From: Minisyncoccota bacterium
GTDB lineage: Bacteria > Patescibacteriota > Minisyncoccia > Phycocordibacterales > UBA918
Assembly: GCA_021734905.1 (NCBI GenBank)
Contig: JAIPIB010000002.1
Span: 111,386-175,385, forward strand
Direction: 5' to 3'
DNA length: 64,000 nucleotides
Shown: positions 29,550 to 38,626 of the stretch, piece by piece
Layout: every line of letters begins with the position of its first letter
Numbering within the stretch: position 1 is the stretch's first letter
Program-made: the position numbers and the translations under genes
Notes under the pieces: model-generated
The model's database searches: none
Seen by the model: only the letters and a program-made list of their open reading frames with translations
Told to the model about the DNA's origin: nothing

Positions 29550-29993
29550 ATGGATGCAAACCAAGTTGCAAGAGATAATCACGCACTTTACTACACCACT
29601 GTTCCGTTGCTTCTATGCAACAAGGAATTCGGTAGGGTCGTCGTAAACGGCATCGATACTCCTTCACAGTACCCATTTGAAGGTAACTACTCAGGATATA
29701 TTCGAATTGACGCTTCTGACGTAAAAAGAAACTGTTCTGACGGCAGTTTCACGGACGAAATCATAGGTGGTCTTCTTGGCAAAGTTGCCCTGAAGTTTCC
29801 TCGCAGTCCTACAGGCGAAGGAATGAATGCTGTAATCATCATCGATCATGAAATCTGGAGGTTCTCGTTCACAATCACGCAATACGAACGTGACGGTGAT
29901 CATGGGTACGAAATAGTAGACGACCCATTGTCCTTACCCGAAGGTGAACATTTGGGACGACTCATCGAACTCAAGGTAACAGTTATTCAATAA
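29550..29993 (+). CDS. hypothetical protein (higher GC, ~45%)
   Basis: ORF track; own terminator; no motifs recognised. Confidence 0.4.
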   Translation: MDANQVARDNHALYYTTVPLLLCNKEFGRVVVNGIDTPSQYPFEGNYSGYIRIDASDVKRNCSDGSFTDEIIGGLLGKVALKFPRSPTGEGMNAVIIIDHEIWRFSFTITQYERDGDHGYEIVDDPLSLPEGEHLGRLIELKVTVIQ

Positions 29994-30013
29994 TGCACGA
30001 CCCGCACGAAACA

Positions 30014-30051
30014 CCCGCCACAAGGCGCGTTTCGGCGGGTTGTTTCTTTTT
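30014..30051 (+). terminator. intrinsic terminator (CCCGCC...GGCGGG + TTGTTTCTTTTT)
   Basis: GC stem plus long T-rich tract. Confidence 0.65.
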
Positions 30052-30291
30052 ATACAAGAGCTAGACAGGTTCGAGCATTACATGTTCAGTACCCATTCAG
30101 GATATTTTTGTTTGCTTTATGTCTCCAAAACTATCTCTGGACAGCTTCGAACCGTATTACATGCAATTCAATTCGAACACCGTTCATCAGACGGATCGAA
30201 GAAACCGTTGAACCCTACCCTGAAGATATAGGAATGGCCTATTATTAAAAACCCCTTAACTATAAATCAAAATTAATATATACTAGTGAAC

Positions 30292-30417
30292 ATGTCACGA
30301 ATAATTGCATTGAGTCCAAAAAAGAACACGGCTACACGACCGTATAAATCAAAGAAACGTTTAGAAGCAAAAAAAGAACTGCTAGCAAAAAAAGCAAATC
30401 GAAAGGGGAAAAAGTAG
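30292..30417 (+). CDS. 41-aa highly basic small protein (MSRIIALSPKKNTATRPYKSKKRLEAKKELLAKKANRKGKK), below ORF-track cutoff
   Basis: preceded by TTAACT-17-TATACT promoter-like hexamers with ATG 7 nt after -10 (leaderless); followed by bidirectional terminator 30439-30470. Confidence 0.4.
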   Translation: MSRIIALSPKKNTATRPYKSKKRLEAKKELLAKKANRKGKK

Positions 30418-30438
30418 ACCAATGGTGGTAAATCTACA

Positions 30439-30470
30439 AAAAATGAGCCTTGTTACAGAGCTCATTTTTT
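30439..30470. terminator. bidirectional intrinsic terminator (A5TGAGC-loop-GCTCAT5)
   Basis: 10-bp stem with A-run before and T-run after. Confidence 0.6.
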
Positions 30471-30653
30471 GTAGCACTAGGCATTAGAATTCAAAGCTTC
30501 TGCCGCGAAGCATAGAAATAGTTGAACCCTGATGCGAAAGCATTAGGGTATTGGCAAAGTGCGCTGAGAAATTTGGACACAATTGCATGGTTCTCTTTTC
30601 TGAAGTCTAAAGATTCAATGACAATGTCTCGCATCAAATAATTATATAGTCTC

Positions 30654-31310
30654 CTACTCTTTAGTTGTTCCTCTTTTACTCTTTTCAGCCAAGTACGCAG
30701 CCACTGCAACTCCTCCATAAATGAGAACACCGAAAATTCCAATTTGTATTGGTGTCGGAGGTACTGCTGGCGCAAAAAATGAGCCTATATAAAAGATTGT
30801 AAGAAAGAAATAGATACCAATAGCCCACTTCCTTGTCCGTATGTTTTCTTCACTTTTAATGAAATACCAGAGACCTACAGTAAGGAATATCACTTCCAGA
30901 AACAACGTTGTGACTGGATAATTCCAAATCCCAAATCCAACTTTGTAACTATTAAAAAATAGCGGTACATCAGGAACATGGACTATCAAATCTAAAAACC
31001 AGTGAGAAAGAACGGCTATGCCCGTGACCATAGCCCATTTCTTATTAAAAAGTTTGTATACAACAAATGCAGAAAGAAAAGCAATGCTGATACTTGTAAA
31101 AAGTGAATGGGTGTACGGGTAATACTCATAGATTGCTCTAAGAAAAACTGATGATGCTTCAGGGTCAAACGACGCCCGTTCAATCCCAAAAAATATAGAC
31201 ACTGCCCACAGCAAATCTACAAACTGTACCCCAAGGAAGATGAGCCATAGTGGAACGTAATTATTCTTTGCTTTCAGGTAGTACCCAAGTGCGTAGTGTC
31301 CTACAAACAT
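30654..31310 (-). CDS. membrane-bound metal-dependent hydrolase, DUF457/YdjM-like
   Basis: polytopic; PYTHSLF and SHWFLDLIVH resemble YdjM GFTHSLL / SHILADMLT motifs. Confidence 0.5.
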   Translation of the reverse strand: MFVGHYALGYYLKAKNNYVPLWLIFLGVQFVDLLWAVSIFFGIERASFDPEASSVFLRAIYEYYPYTHSLFTSISIAFLSAFVVYKLFNKKWAMVTGIAVLSHWFLDLIVHVPDVPLFFNSYKVGFGIWNYPVTTLFLEVIFLTVGLWYFIKSEENIRTRKWAIGIYFFLTIFYIGSFFAPAVPPTPIQIGIFGVLIYGGVAVAAYLAEKSKRGTTKE

Positions 31311-31416
31311 ATTTTCATAAACTTAAATTATTTACTTTATTTTACACCAAAACCAAAATAGACAATACATTCATATCATTGTATTTTATGTATGGACAAA
31401 AACAACTGGGGGTCAT

Positions 31417-32058
31417 ATGGATCTACGTGCGCGCTGGAAACAGCTATGGACTGAGGTAGCTGCAGCAAATAGCTCAAGTGTTGATCTGGCCTTTGCCCGA
31501 ATCCTCACTAAATATAACGAGCCTCACCGTGCTTATCACACCTTGAAGCATATCGAAGATTGCCTTACTCTTTTCGACAAGTTCAAACATCTTGCAGCAG
31601 ATACACAAGTAGTAGAAGCTGCTATATGGTGGCAAGATCTGATTTACGACACGAAAGACACTCAGACTAACGAGAGCCGAAGTGCGTCTGTGGCAGAAGT
31701 CGACATGAACCTAATTGGGTGCTCCTCAGCCTTTCAAAGACACGTTGTCGATTCAATTCTCGCTACTAAGCATGATCATGAGGTAGCGACCGATAATCAG
31801 CGACTACTTCTTGATATTGATCTGCATACACTCGGTGTCTCTACGCAGAAGTACAAGCAATATGTGACCGCCATTCGAAAGGAGTATGACTGGGTTCCAT
31901 GGGATGAATATGCGCAGGGGCGAGTAAAGGTGTTACAAGGTTTTCTCAGTCGTGAAAACATTTTTCAACACCCTGCTCTTCGAAAGAAATACGAAGGACA
32001 AGCCAGATTCAATATTCGCCGTGAAATCCGTTTTCTTCAGCGCGAAAAAGCACCGTGA
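31417..32058 (+). CDS. predicted HD-superfamily phosphohydrolase-like protein (higher GC ~47%)
   Basis: N-terminal ...EPHRAYHTLKHIEDCL pattern as in small HD-domain proteins often mis-annotated as NMDA receptor 2C subunit; own terminator. Confidence 0.4.
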   Translation: MDLRARWKQLWTEVAAANSSSVDLAFARILTKYNEPHRAYHTLKHIEDCLTLFDKFKHLAADTQVVEAAIWWQDLIYDTKDTQTNESRSASVAEVDMNLIGCSSAFQRHVVDSILATKHDHEVATDNQRLLLDIDLHTLGVSTQKYKQYVTAIRKEYDWVPWDEYAQGRVKVLQGFLSRENIFQHPALRKKYEGQARFNIRREIRFLQREKAP

Positions 32059-32088
32059 GGTTCATTTTATTAGTTCTTTGTTTCCTCC

Positions 32089-32129
32089 CTGCCCTACAGA
32101 GCCACATGCTTCTGTAGGGCAGTTTTTTA
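32089..32129 (+). terminator. intrinsic terminator (CTGCCCTACAGA-loop-TCTGTAGGGCAG + T6)
   Basis: 12-bp perfect stem and T-run. Confidence 0.75.
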
Positions 32130-32209
32130 TTCCAGACAAATTCGAACATTAATCCGCAGGGGTGTAGTAAATCAAAAATAACTTTCCTTAAGGATTCTTC
32201 CAAAGAGAA

Positions 32210-34552
32210 TTACAGACCTTTTTCCTCAATACGATTTCCTACGTTAGATACTGCAGAAGGTGTGTCTGATTTAATACGTTTTACTAACTCAAATGTCCAT
32301 GCGTCATACACCTCAACCTCATTTGCTGTCTGTGACACCACATACACAAACTTACCATCGTTAGTAAATTCTGGATGCCATGAACTCTCCCCTTCGACCG
32401 GGCGAATCGTTTTAACGATTTCATCAGTCCGTGCGTCGATTACATAGATTTCATCATGGAATTCTCCAAATGCAGTCTCTGCCCAAACATATGGATACTC
32501 TGGATTTTCAGCAAAAGAGCGGATGAATAAACCAGGACCAGCTGTTTTAATGTATGAAACCGGCTCCCAGGAATTTACATCAATTGAAGTTATGAGCCCT
32601 TCCCCGAGAGCTGGAATATATATTTTGTTTCCCCACATAGCGCCTGGGCCTGTATGCGGAGTTTTTCCAGTTTTTACCTCCTTCACCGGCTCCCAGGTAT
32701 CTGTATCCATGACCCAAACAGTATGTGAACCCATTGAAGCAACAATGTAATATTTCCCATCTGTGGTTAGAAAGGCATCATGAAGAGGAGTCTCATTACT
32801 GCCAATATTCCAATGTTTAGCGATGACAGGAAAATCTGGTTTTGCTGTATCAATAATCCAGACACTATTCAGATCCTTCAGTGCAACAATCACCTTTTCT
32901 CCATCTTCAACCATTGCCCCGACTCGTGATTCAATTTCTTTTCCATTCATTTCACCAATTGTTGGTATTGTCTTTAAAATCTCCATCGAGACCGGGTCCA
33001 CAATCACCACATTTCCTGGAATATAATTTCCAATAGCCAGATATTTTCCATCGTCAGTTAACGCAGTGCCTCGAGAGCTTTCACCTACACTTACTGAAAT
33101 CACTGGCTGAAGTGTATCAAGGTCTATTTTAGTCAACCATCCATCTCGAGCAATTATATACATATACTTAGCATCTTCGGAAAAAACTGATGTGTGCGGT
33201 TGAAAACCAATATCATGAATTCGTCCAAGCTCCATATGTGTCTTTCCATCAATAAAGAGTAATTTCTCAGGATCTTTTTCAACGACCACCAATATGTCGT
33301 GATTATCCCACGAGCCTTCATCCACAAAAAGTTCACGATATGGATTCAACGCAGTTTTTTTCTCGGCTGGATTACCAGAAAACATTGAAACTACGCCGTC
33401 ATCAACACTTCCTATATGTGACTCCATCTGTCTTTCACTAATGCCCGCTCCGTGGTTTCGGTGATAATTTTTTGTTGCATCAGTACCACAGTTAAATGCT
33501 GCTGGATGTAATTTTGATTCTCTTGTCATATCAAAAACAAGATTATCAATACTAATCCAACAATCATCTTTTCTATTGTGTGAAGCTACTTCTTCCATGG
33601 TAAATCCAAGCAAACCAATTTGATACGAACGAACGCGATCACTGACTCCTTCTTCCCTAATCTTTCGATAACTTTCTGTCGAATCTGCGCCACAAGAATA
33701 TACTTCAGGGAATTTTTCGGCTGCTGGACTAGCGTCATAGACGGCGCCATCAATAACAACCAAACAATCCTCAATATTACTATGCAGAGCAACCTCACTA
33801 TATGTATATGTCGTGTTCATTTCCTCAACAGAATTTTGGGTACCAGCATTATCTTGAATCTGTCTTGTCGCTGTTTGCTCTTCAAACATTTTTGTACCAC
33901 TTACAGAAAAAGCAGCAAAACAGATAAAGAGCGCAGTAATACCAACACTTGTTCTTTTTAGGAATTCAAGATTTTTTTGTGAACACGAGTGACGTGCGTT
34001 GTAATAAAATACAAAACCAACAACCAGCAGCGCGGCTAAGTACAAGGAAATTACATCTGTGTAATCTACAGCTATGCGATACATTGCATGATGTAAAATG
34101 ATAAATACCCACGAGACAACGGAGATTGTTTCACTCACGATCAAATGCGCGTTCAAATTCGATGAACTGGCCTCATCTCCAGCTCCAAAAGACTCCTTAT
34201 CCATTTGTTCACTTATTTTCGGTAAATGATAATACTGAAATACAAATGCATTGATTATCATTAGTGTTGCAATAGTCATGTCTGCATAGAAAATACCTAA
34301 ACCAAGCATTGCTTCAGCAGATAACGTAAAGAGACCCACCCCTGCAAAGGCATATAAAATGATCCCGAACCAGACAACCTTACGCGACTGTACCAAGATA
34401 TGAAATTCATCAGCGGATACTTTTCTGTCCCGAATACTCGTCATGAAAAGAATGTTGCTCAATATTGCTGCTCCAGCAGCAATTGAAAGACCAAGCGAAA
34501 AGACCACGAGATAGACAAGGTGTAAATTAAAGACAGATAAAACTTCAGACAT
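32210..34552 (-). CDS. multidomain membrane protein: N-terminal polytopic TM region (~230 aa), two cytochrome b5-like repeats, C-terminal YVTN/cytochrome-d1-like beta-propeller
   Basis: several hydrophobic helices at N-term; repeats ALHSNIEDCLVVIDGAVYD... and ASHNRKDDCWISIDNLVFD...HPAAF (b5 signature HN..DCW..I.G.VYD...HPGG); >=5 DGKY(L/F)(A/Y)(I/V) blade motifs. Confidence 0.55.
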   Translation of the reverse strand: MSEVLSVFNLHLVYLVVFSLGLSIAAGAAILSNILFMTSIRDRKVSADEFHILVQSRKVVWFGIILYAFAGVGLFTLSAEAMLGLGIFYADMTIATLMIINAFVFQYYHLPKISEQMDKESFGAGDEASSSNLNAHLIVSETISVVSWVFIILHHAMYRIAVDYTDVISLYLAALLVVGFVFYYNARHSCSQKNLEFLKRTSVGITALFICFAAFSVSGTKMFEEQTATRQIQDNAGTQNSVEEMNTTYTYSEVALHSNIEDCLVVIDGAVYDASPAAEKFPEVYSCGADSTESYRKIREEGVSDRVRSYQIGLLGFTMEEVASHNRKDDCWISIDNLVFDMTRESKLHPAAFNCGTDATKNYHRNHGAGISERQMESHIGSVDDGVVSMFSGNPAEKKTALNPYRELFVDEGSWDNHDILVVVEKDPEKLLFIDGKTHMELGRIHDIGFQPHTSVFSEDAKYMYIIARDGWLTKIDLDTLQPVISVSVGESSRGTALTDDGKYLAIGNYIPGNVVIVDPVSMEILKTIPTIGEMNGKEIESRVGAMVEDGEKVIVALKDLNSVWIIDTAKPDFPVIAKHWNIGSNETPLHDAFLTTDGKYYIVASMGSHTVWVMDTDTWEPVKEVKTGKTPHTGPGAMWGNKIYIPALGEGLITSIDVNSWEPVSYIKTAGPGLFIRSFAENPEYPYVWAETAFGEFHDEIYVIDARTDEIVKTIRPVEGESSWHPEFTNDGKFVYVVSQTANEVEVYDAWTFELVKRIKSDTPSAVSNVGNRIEEKGL

Positions 34553-34727
34553 AATGTAAAATCAAATATTGATAAGTATCTATACCTTTAATAGTACATG
34601 AGCACCACTTCTCATTTTGCGTATTTACTCACACCTTAGTAAAAAATTTATATTTTTGATAAACAAATCAAAAACACCGTCCGGAGCTAGAGTTATCGAG
34701 CGCACTCAAAAAATCACTATACTTTAG

Positions 34728-35894
34728 CTATACCCCAGCAGCGCGACTAATTCTTTCACCAAGAATATTCATGAGTAACGGACTCACAAGCACCGTTATA
34801 ACACTCAGGGTAACGAGTGATGTGAGTAACACCTGATCAATAAGACCAAGTGCAAATGCAGCAAAACCTGTTGCCAAAGTAGTTGATAGTTGAGGAATTG
34901 ATGTAATTGCAAATAGCAAAGCTTCATCTCTTGAAAATCCAACCATCTTCCCTGCCATCCAGCCACTGACAAATTTAGAAATAACAGAACCTAGCACCAC
35001 AAAGGTAACAACCATCCAAGCCCCGCTTACCTCAGAGAAAATAGTTATGTCAGTCTGAAGACCCATAACAATAAAAAAAGTTGGTATAAAGATCCCGTAA
35101 CTTATCGTTCGTATTTTTTCCTTTAAGGCAGGTGTCTTAATTGACCCAGCTAATATCAACCCTGAAAAGAATCCTGCAACAATTGGATGGAGTCCTAGGA
35201 GTTCAAACACCATTACAGTGCCGATCAGTATTAAAAATGTTGAGCGAAACTCAAGCTGGAAAAGATCCGGTCGACCATCAACTATTTGAACAAAAAAGTC
35301 TCGAATTTTTGGAATGAAAAATCGTAATGAGATCAAAGCGACAAGTAACAATGGGTAGAATAAGTACAAAGGCAAAGAAGTTACTGGACTAACATTCTGC
35401 AAAATAAGTGAGAGTACAATCAAGCTCGCCACATCCTGGATAACTGTAGTCATAATCACCGATTGGCCTAATTGTGTATGTAGAAGTTTATGCGTTTCTA
35501 GTGACGGGATTACAACCGCAATTGACGAAGAGATAAACACAACACCGAGAACTAATGAGGTCATAAGACCATACCCGAGAGCCATACCAATCCCTACCCC
35601 AATCACGAACGGGACAGCTCCGTTAATAAATGCTAAAAGAAAAAGCTTACCACCAAAACCATTGAAATTTGAAAACTTAGTTTCAAGTCCAGCCATGAAC
35701 ATAAGAAATATAAGACCAATTTGTCCAATGAATTCAATCGTCGGGTTGATAGTAAGTAAGTTGAATGCATTTGGGCCAAGTATAATGCCACCGATAATCA
35801 AAGCAACTACCCATGGAATATGGGTACGCCTTGAGAGCATTGAAAAAAATACACCGGCGAACAGGGCAAGAAAAAATGGGTAAAATTCAGTCAT
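34728..35894 (-). CDS. cation:proton antiporter (Na+/H+ exchanger, CPA1/CPA2 family)
   Basis: 388 aa, ~11-12 TM, sequence typical of Na_H exchanger family. Confidence 0.7.
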   Translation of the reverse strand: MTEFYPFFLALFAGVFFSMLSRRTHIPWVVALIIGGIILGPNAFNLLTINPTIEFIGQIGLIFLMFMAGLETKFSNFNGFGGKLFLLAFINGAVPFVIGVGIGMALGYGLMTSLVLGVVFISSSIAVVIPSLETHKLLHTQLGQSVIMTTVIQDVASLIVLSLILQNVSPVTSLPLYLFYPLLLVALISLRFFIPKIRDFFVQIVDGRPDLFQLEFRSTFLILIGTVMVFELLGLHPIVAGFFSGLILAGSIKTPALKEKIRTISYGIFIPTFFIVMGLQTDITIFSEVSGAWMVVTFVVLGSVISKFVSGWMAGKMVGFSRDEALLFAITSIPQLSTTLATGFAAFALGLIDQVLLTSLVTLSVITVLVSPLLMNILGERISRAAGV

Positions 35895-36071
35895 GCTTCA
35901 TAGTATAGCAGAAGTAATTTTTGCAAACTCATTACACTGTTTATTCTAGAAGTATTAATTCACTGAATATTATGTGTATTCTTCATCGTTACTGCCGAGT
36001 ACTTAACGAACAAATGACTGCATCCATTTAAAAACAAATGATACTAGGTCGTAATTTGATAAACTATATCC

Positions 36072-36320
36072 ATGACGAAGAAAATTTCTACAGGTGTTGT
36101 ACATACAGTTCCGTCTGACTTGCGGAAAGTTTTCACCAGTTCACCAGAGACAACTATGCTATGGAATGCCCTCACACCACTTGCGCGTAACGAATGGATT
36201 TGTTGGGTTATTTCAGTCAAAAAACCGGAAACAAGAAAAAAGCATATTGAGCGATTATGTACTGATATCAACAAAGGCAAGCGACGACCTTGTTGTTGGC
36301 CAGGGTGTCCTCACCGATGA
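36072..36320 (+). CDS. YdeI/OmpD-associated (OmdA) family small protein
   Basis: LTPLARNEWICWVISVKKPETRKKHIERLCTDINKGKRRP matches the ...SP..RREY..WI..AK..ETR..R pattern. Confidence 0.5.
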   Translation: MTKKISTGVVHTVPSDLRKVFTSSPETTMLWNALTPLARNEWICWVISVKKPETRKKHIERLCTDINKGKRRPCCWPGCPHR

Positions 36321-36635
36321 AAACTTTTTAAGCAAAAACCTAACGCTACTCATATACAGAATAAATCCCCTCTTACGAGGAATTTTTAGTAAAAAGATTT
36401 ATGGTTCCCTGCAATCTTATTTCTTGTTGATAGCTGACTCAACAATTTCTCTTGGAAGTGCTGCACTTGCCAACAGAGCATCCCTTACTGCCTTGCCTGC
36501 ATCTTCGCCAATCCTAAACATGGGTTTGTGCGTTTCAGGTGGGGATGCAAGGTCCATACTTGATTATTCTAAAATTTAGTGCTTAATTAAATGCAACCTA
36601 AACATTTTGTTTAGGTTCTTTTGAAGGAGTCCATC

Positions 36636-36935
36636 ATGCTAAAGTCGTCAGGTGTAGTTCTTTTTTGTATCACCTTACTTTGGGGTACTGCTCATGCGCA
36701 AAACTCTTGGAATATGCCGCAACGGCAGTACATTCAGCCAAATGCGGGAGCTACACAAATGTACCCACAACAACACTACGCTGTACCAACATACCAACAA
36801 CACCAGCAACAGTGGCGCCAGCACCAACAGCAGTTTGTGCCGCAACAGCAGTACATTCAGCCAAATGCTGGAGCAACCCAAGTGTACCCGCAACAATACC
36901 AGTCCGCCCCACGTGTGTACTACTATCGGCGCTAA
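36636..36935 (+). CDS. secreted Gln/Tyr/Pro-rich low-complexity protein with internal ~19-aa tandem repeat
   Basis: signal peptide LFCITLLWGTAHA; repeats QYIQPNAGATQ(M/V)YPQQ; GAAGGAG RBS 6 nt upstream of ATG. Confidence 0.6.
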   Translation: MLKSSGVVLFCITLLWGTAHAQNSWNMPQRQYIQPNAGATQMYPQQHYAVPTYQQHQQQWRQHQQQFVPQQQYIQPNAGATQVYPQQYQSAPRVYYYRR

Positions 36936-37001
36936 TCTCGCACCAGCTCCACAGCTTGAAGACAGTTTCGTCTTCCTTGCCGGAGCTGTTTTCTTTTCAA
37001 C

Positions 37002-37044
37002 ATTGATTCCTTGACCGAGGACTTGCCTCGGTCAAGGAATCAAT
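37002..37044 (+). other. 19-bp perfect hairpin ATTGATTCCTTGACCGAGG-acttg-CCTCGGTCAAGGAATCAAT (terminator-like; core shared with hairpin inside prmC)
   Basis: read directly; T-run begins 7 nt after stem. Confidence 0.55.
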
Positions 37045-37177
37045 CAAAATATTTTTTACTAAAAAATAGAAGGCCGGTTGGTAATTTGCATGAAACTACT
37101 TCGTGGGATATAACTGCACTAGGTAGAGTAGATATATTTGCTCTTTTTAGACTCTAGATCACGCAAGGAGACGCATT

Positions 37178-37822
37178 GTGACCAAACCAAAGACGTTACC
37201 CACAGCAAGTCAGTTCACCGGATTCGCACAAGCTCTCTTGAGACGTGGTTTTCAAGAAATACACCCCACCAGCTTTAAAAGAGACCTGGAGAGACTTGGA
37301 CTTACTCCTCCTACACCACGAAGAGGAAGAGAGACGGGCTTCATTTTTTCCAAAAATGGGCTCCAGGTGGTTGTCTGGACGACATTCCTTGAAGCAGAGG
37401 ACCAGGCACGAGAAAAAGACGCCGGCTGGGTTCTGATCAAAGACGGCGACGAACGGTGTTACTTCAAATTAGTGCCACGAACTAAGTATTATCTTCACAA
37501 CCTTCTTGGACACGCATCTGCTGCAAAATGCCGAATTGAAGCGAGGCCATTGTGCCTAATCTGTGGGCAACTCATGAAGATCACCACAGGAAGAGGTTTG
37601 AAGTCACGTTACTGGTCGTGCAAAAATCCTGATGCTCACAGAAAGACAGTGAATTTGCCGTGGGATCATGGACTGCAGCAAGAAGTCCTTGATTTTTTGA
37701 AACCATTCCGTGATCGACGGACTCGCTATCAAAAGACTCTTCGAAAAAATGGCGGTAAACCAGGGACTGCAATGTTCAGAAGAAAGGGTTGGCGCGTAAA
37801 TCGTCCAGAAAATAAAGTCTAG
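37178..37822 (+). CDS. hypothetical basic protein with Cys-rich zinc-ribbon-like segment (higher GC ~47%); GTG start after AAGGAG
   Basis: ORF track; CLICGQ...CKNPDAH; compositional contrast; own terminator. Confidence 0.4.
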   Translation: MTKPKTLPTASQFTGFAQALLRRGFQEIHPTSFKRDLERLGLTPPTPRRGRETGFIFSKNGLQVVVWTTFLEAEDQAREKDAGWVLIKDGDERCYFKLVPRTKYYLHNLLGHASAAKCRIEARPLCLICGQLMKITTGRGLKSRYWSCKNPDAHRKTVNLPWDHGLQQEVLDFLKPFRDRRTRYQKTLRKNGGKPGTAMFRRKGWRVNRPENKV

Positions 37823-37853
37823 CGTGCACACCCAGAGATAAGCTCCACAAACA

Positions 37854-37884
37854 AAAAAGCCCTGTTTGATACAGGGCTTTTTCT
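37854..37884. terminator. bidirectional intrinsic terminator (A6-GCCCTG-loop-CAGGGC-T5) between convergent genes
   Basis: read directly. Confidence 0.65.
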
Positions 37885-37991
37885 TTGCAGATCTTCTTGT
37901 ACTTTTCTACATTAAACTGTCGACGGGGTTATTTCTTTTTCTTTGCAACTTTTTTCTTCGCTGAAACTTTTGTCTTTACTATTTTTGGCTT

Positions 37992-38513
37992 TCATACCTT
38001 CTTAACTGGTTCCTCAGCAGAAGTAATTTCTGTATCTACTATAGTCATTATAGTCTCAGACTTTCCTTTGTCAGCAAGAAGCTCAAGGATTCGGTCAATC
38101 TTCATCTCAAGTTTCTCAATTTTCATTTTGATTTCACTACCCCCTCCACATTTTGATACTTCAGTCGGTTGCCGGTATGTGTGTGAATCGTCACGCCGCT
38201 GTCTAGAATCTTTTGAAAAATTTCCACCTTGTTGTCTATCGTTACTAAAATCATGACTGTCTTTTTTACTCGTGTTCATGAAACAATCACGGCAGTAAAC
38301 TGGCTTATCGCTTGATGGACGAAATGGCACTTCACAACTTTTTTTGCATGAAGAACAGGTAGCTGGAAAAAGGTCTGAACTTCCACCCGAGCCTCCTCGT
38401 TTATCATGTCCTCTACCAAACTTCCCTCCAGATTTTCTATCACCACCAAATTTTGGGCGTCCTCCAAAACCATCGCCTCCCTTTCGGAAACCCTCCTTTT
38501 TGAAATTTTTCAT
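37992..38513 (-). CDS. Gly/Arg-rich (RGG-like) protein with CxxC-x17-CxxC zinc ribbon; putative nucleic-acid-binding
   Basis: CSSC-17 residues-CRDC exactly; N-terminal GGDGFGGRPKFGGDRKSGGKFGRG repeats. Confidence 0.55.
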   Translation of the reverse strand: MKNFKKEGFRKGGDGFGGRPKFGGDRKSGGKFGRGHDKRGGSGGSSDLFPATCSSCKKSCEVPFRPSSDKPVYCRDCFMNTSKKDSHDFSNDRQQGGNFSKDSRQRRDDSHTYRQPTEVSKCGGGSEIKMKIEKLEMKIDRILELLADKGKSETIMTIVDTEITSAEEPVKKV

Positions 38514-38569
38514 TATGCTTATATTATATCATAAATATCATTATTATGCAAGTTTATCACTCCCCACCA

Positions 38570-38610
38570 AGAGATGCCTGAACTTTACATTGTAAAGTTC
38601 AGGCATCTCT
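38570..38610. promoter_or_regulatory. 41-nt perfect palindrome (AGAGATGCCTGAACTTTACA-t-TGTAAAGTTCAGGCATCTCT) overlapping -35-like TTGTAA; -10 TATATT at 38613-38618; candidate HxlR-type operator/promoter
   Basis: 20-bp perfect arms; ATG of hxlR-like gene 9 nt after -10 (leaderless). Confidence 0.55.
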
Positions 38611-38626
38611 GGTATATTCCCCCTGT

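Noticed and set aside
30491-30775. 94-aa ORF overlapping 3' end of DUF457 membrane protein gene
   Set aside because: Overlaps the membrane protein CDS out of frame over 120 nt. No motifs. Probably spurious.
36094-36579. 161-aa plus-strand ORF (and 46-aa minus ORF 36417-36557)
   Set aside because: The plus-strand ORF overlaps the YdeI-like gene in another frame; both it and the short minus-strand ORF lack motifs and a start context. Region 36320-36600 more likely noncoding.
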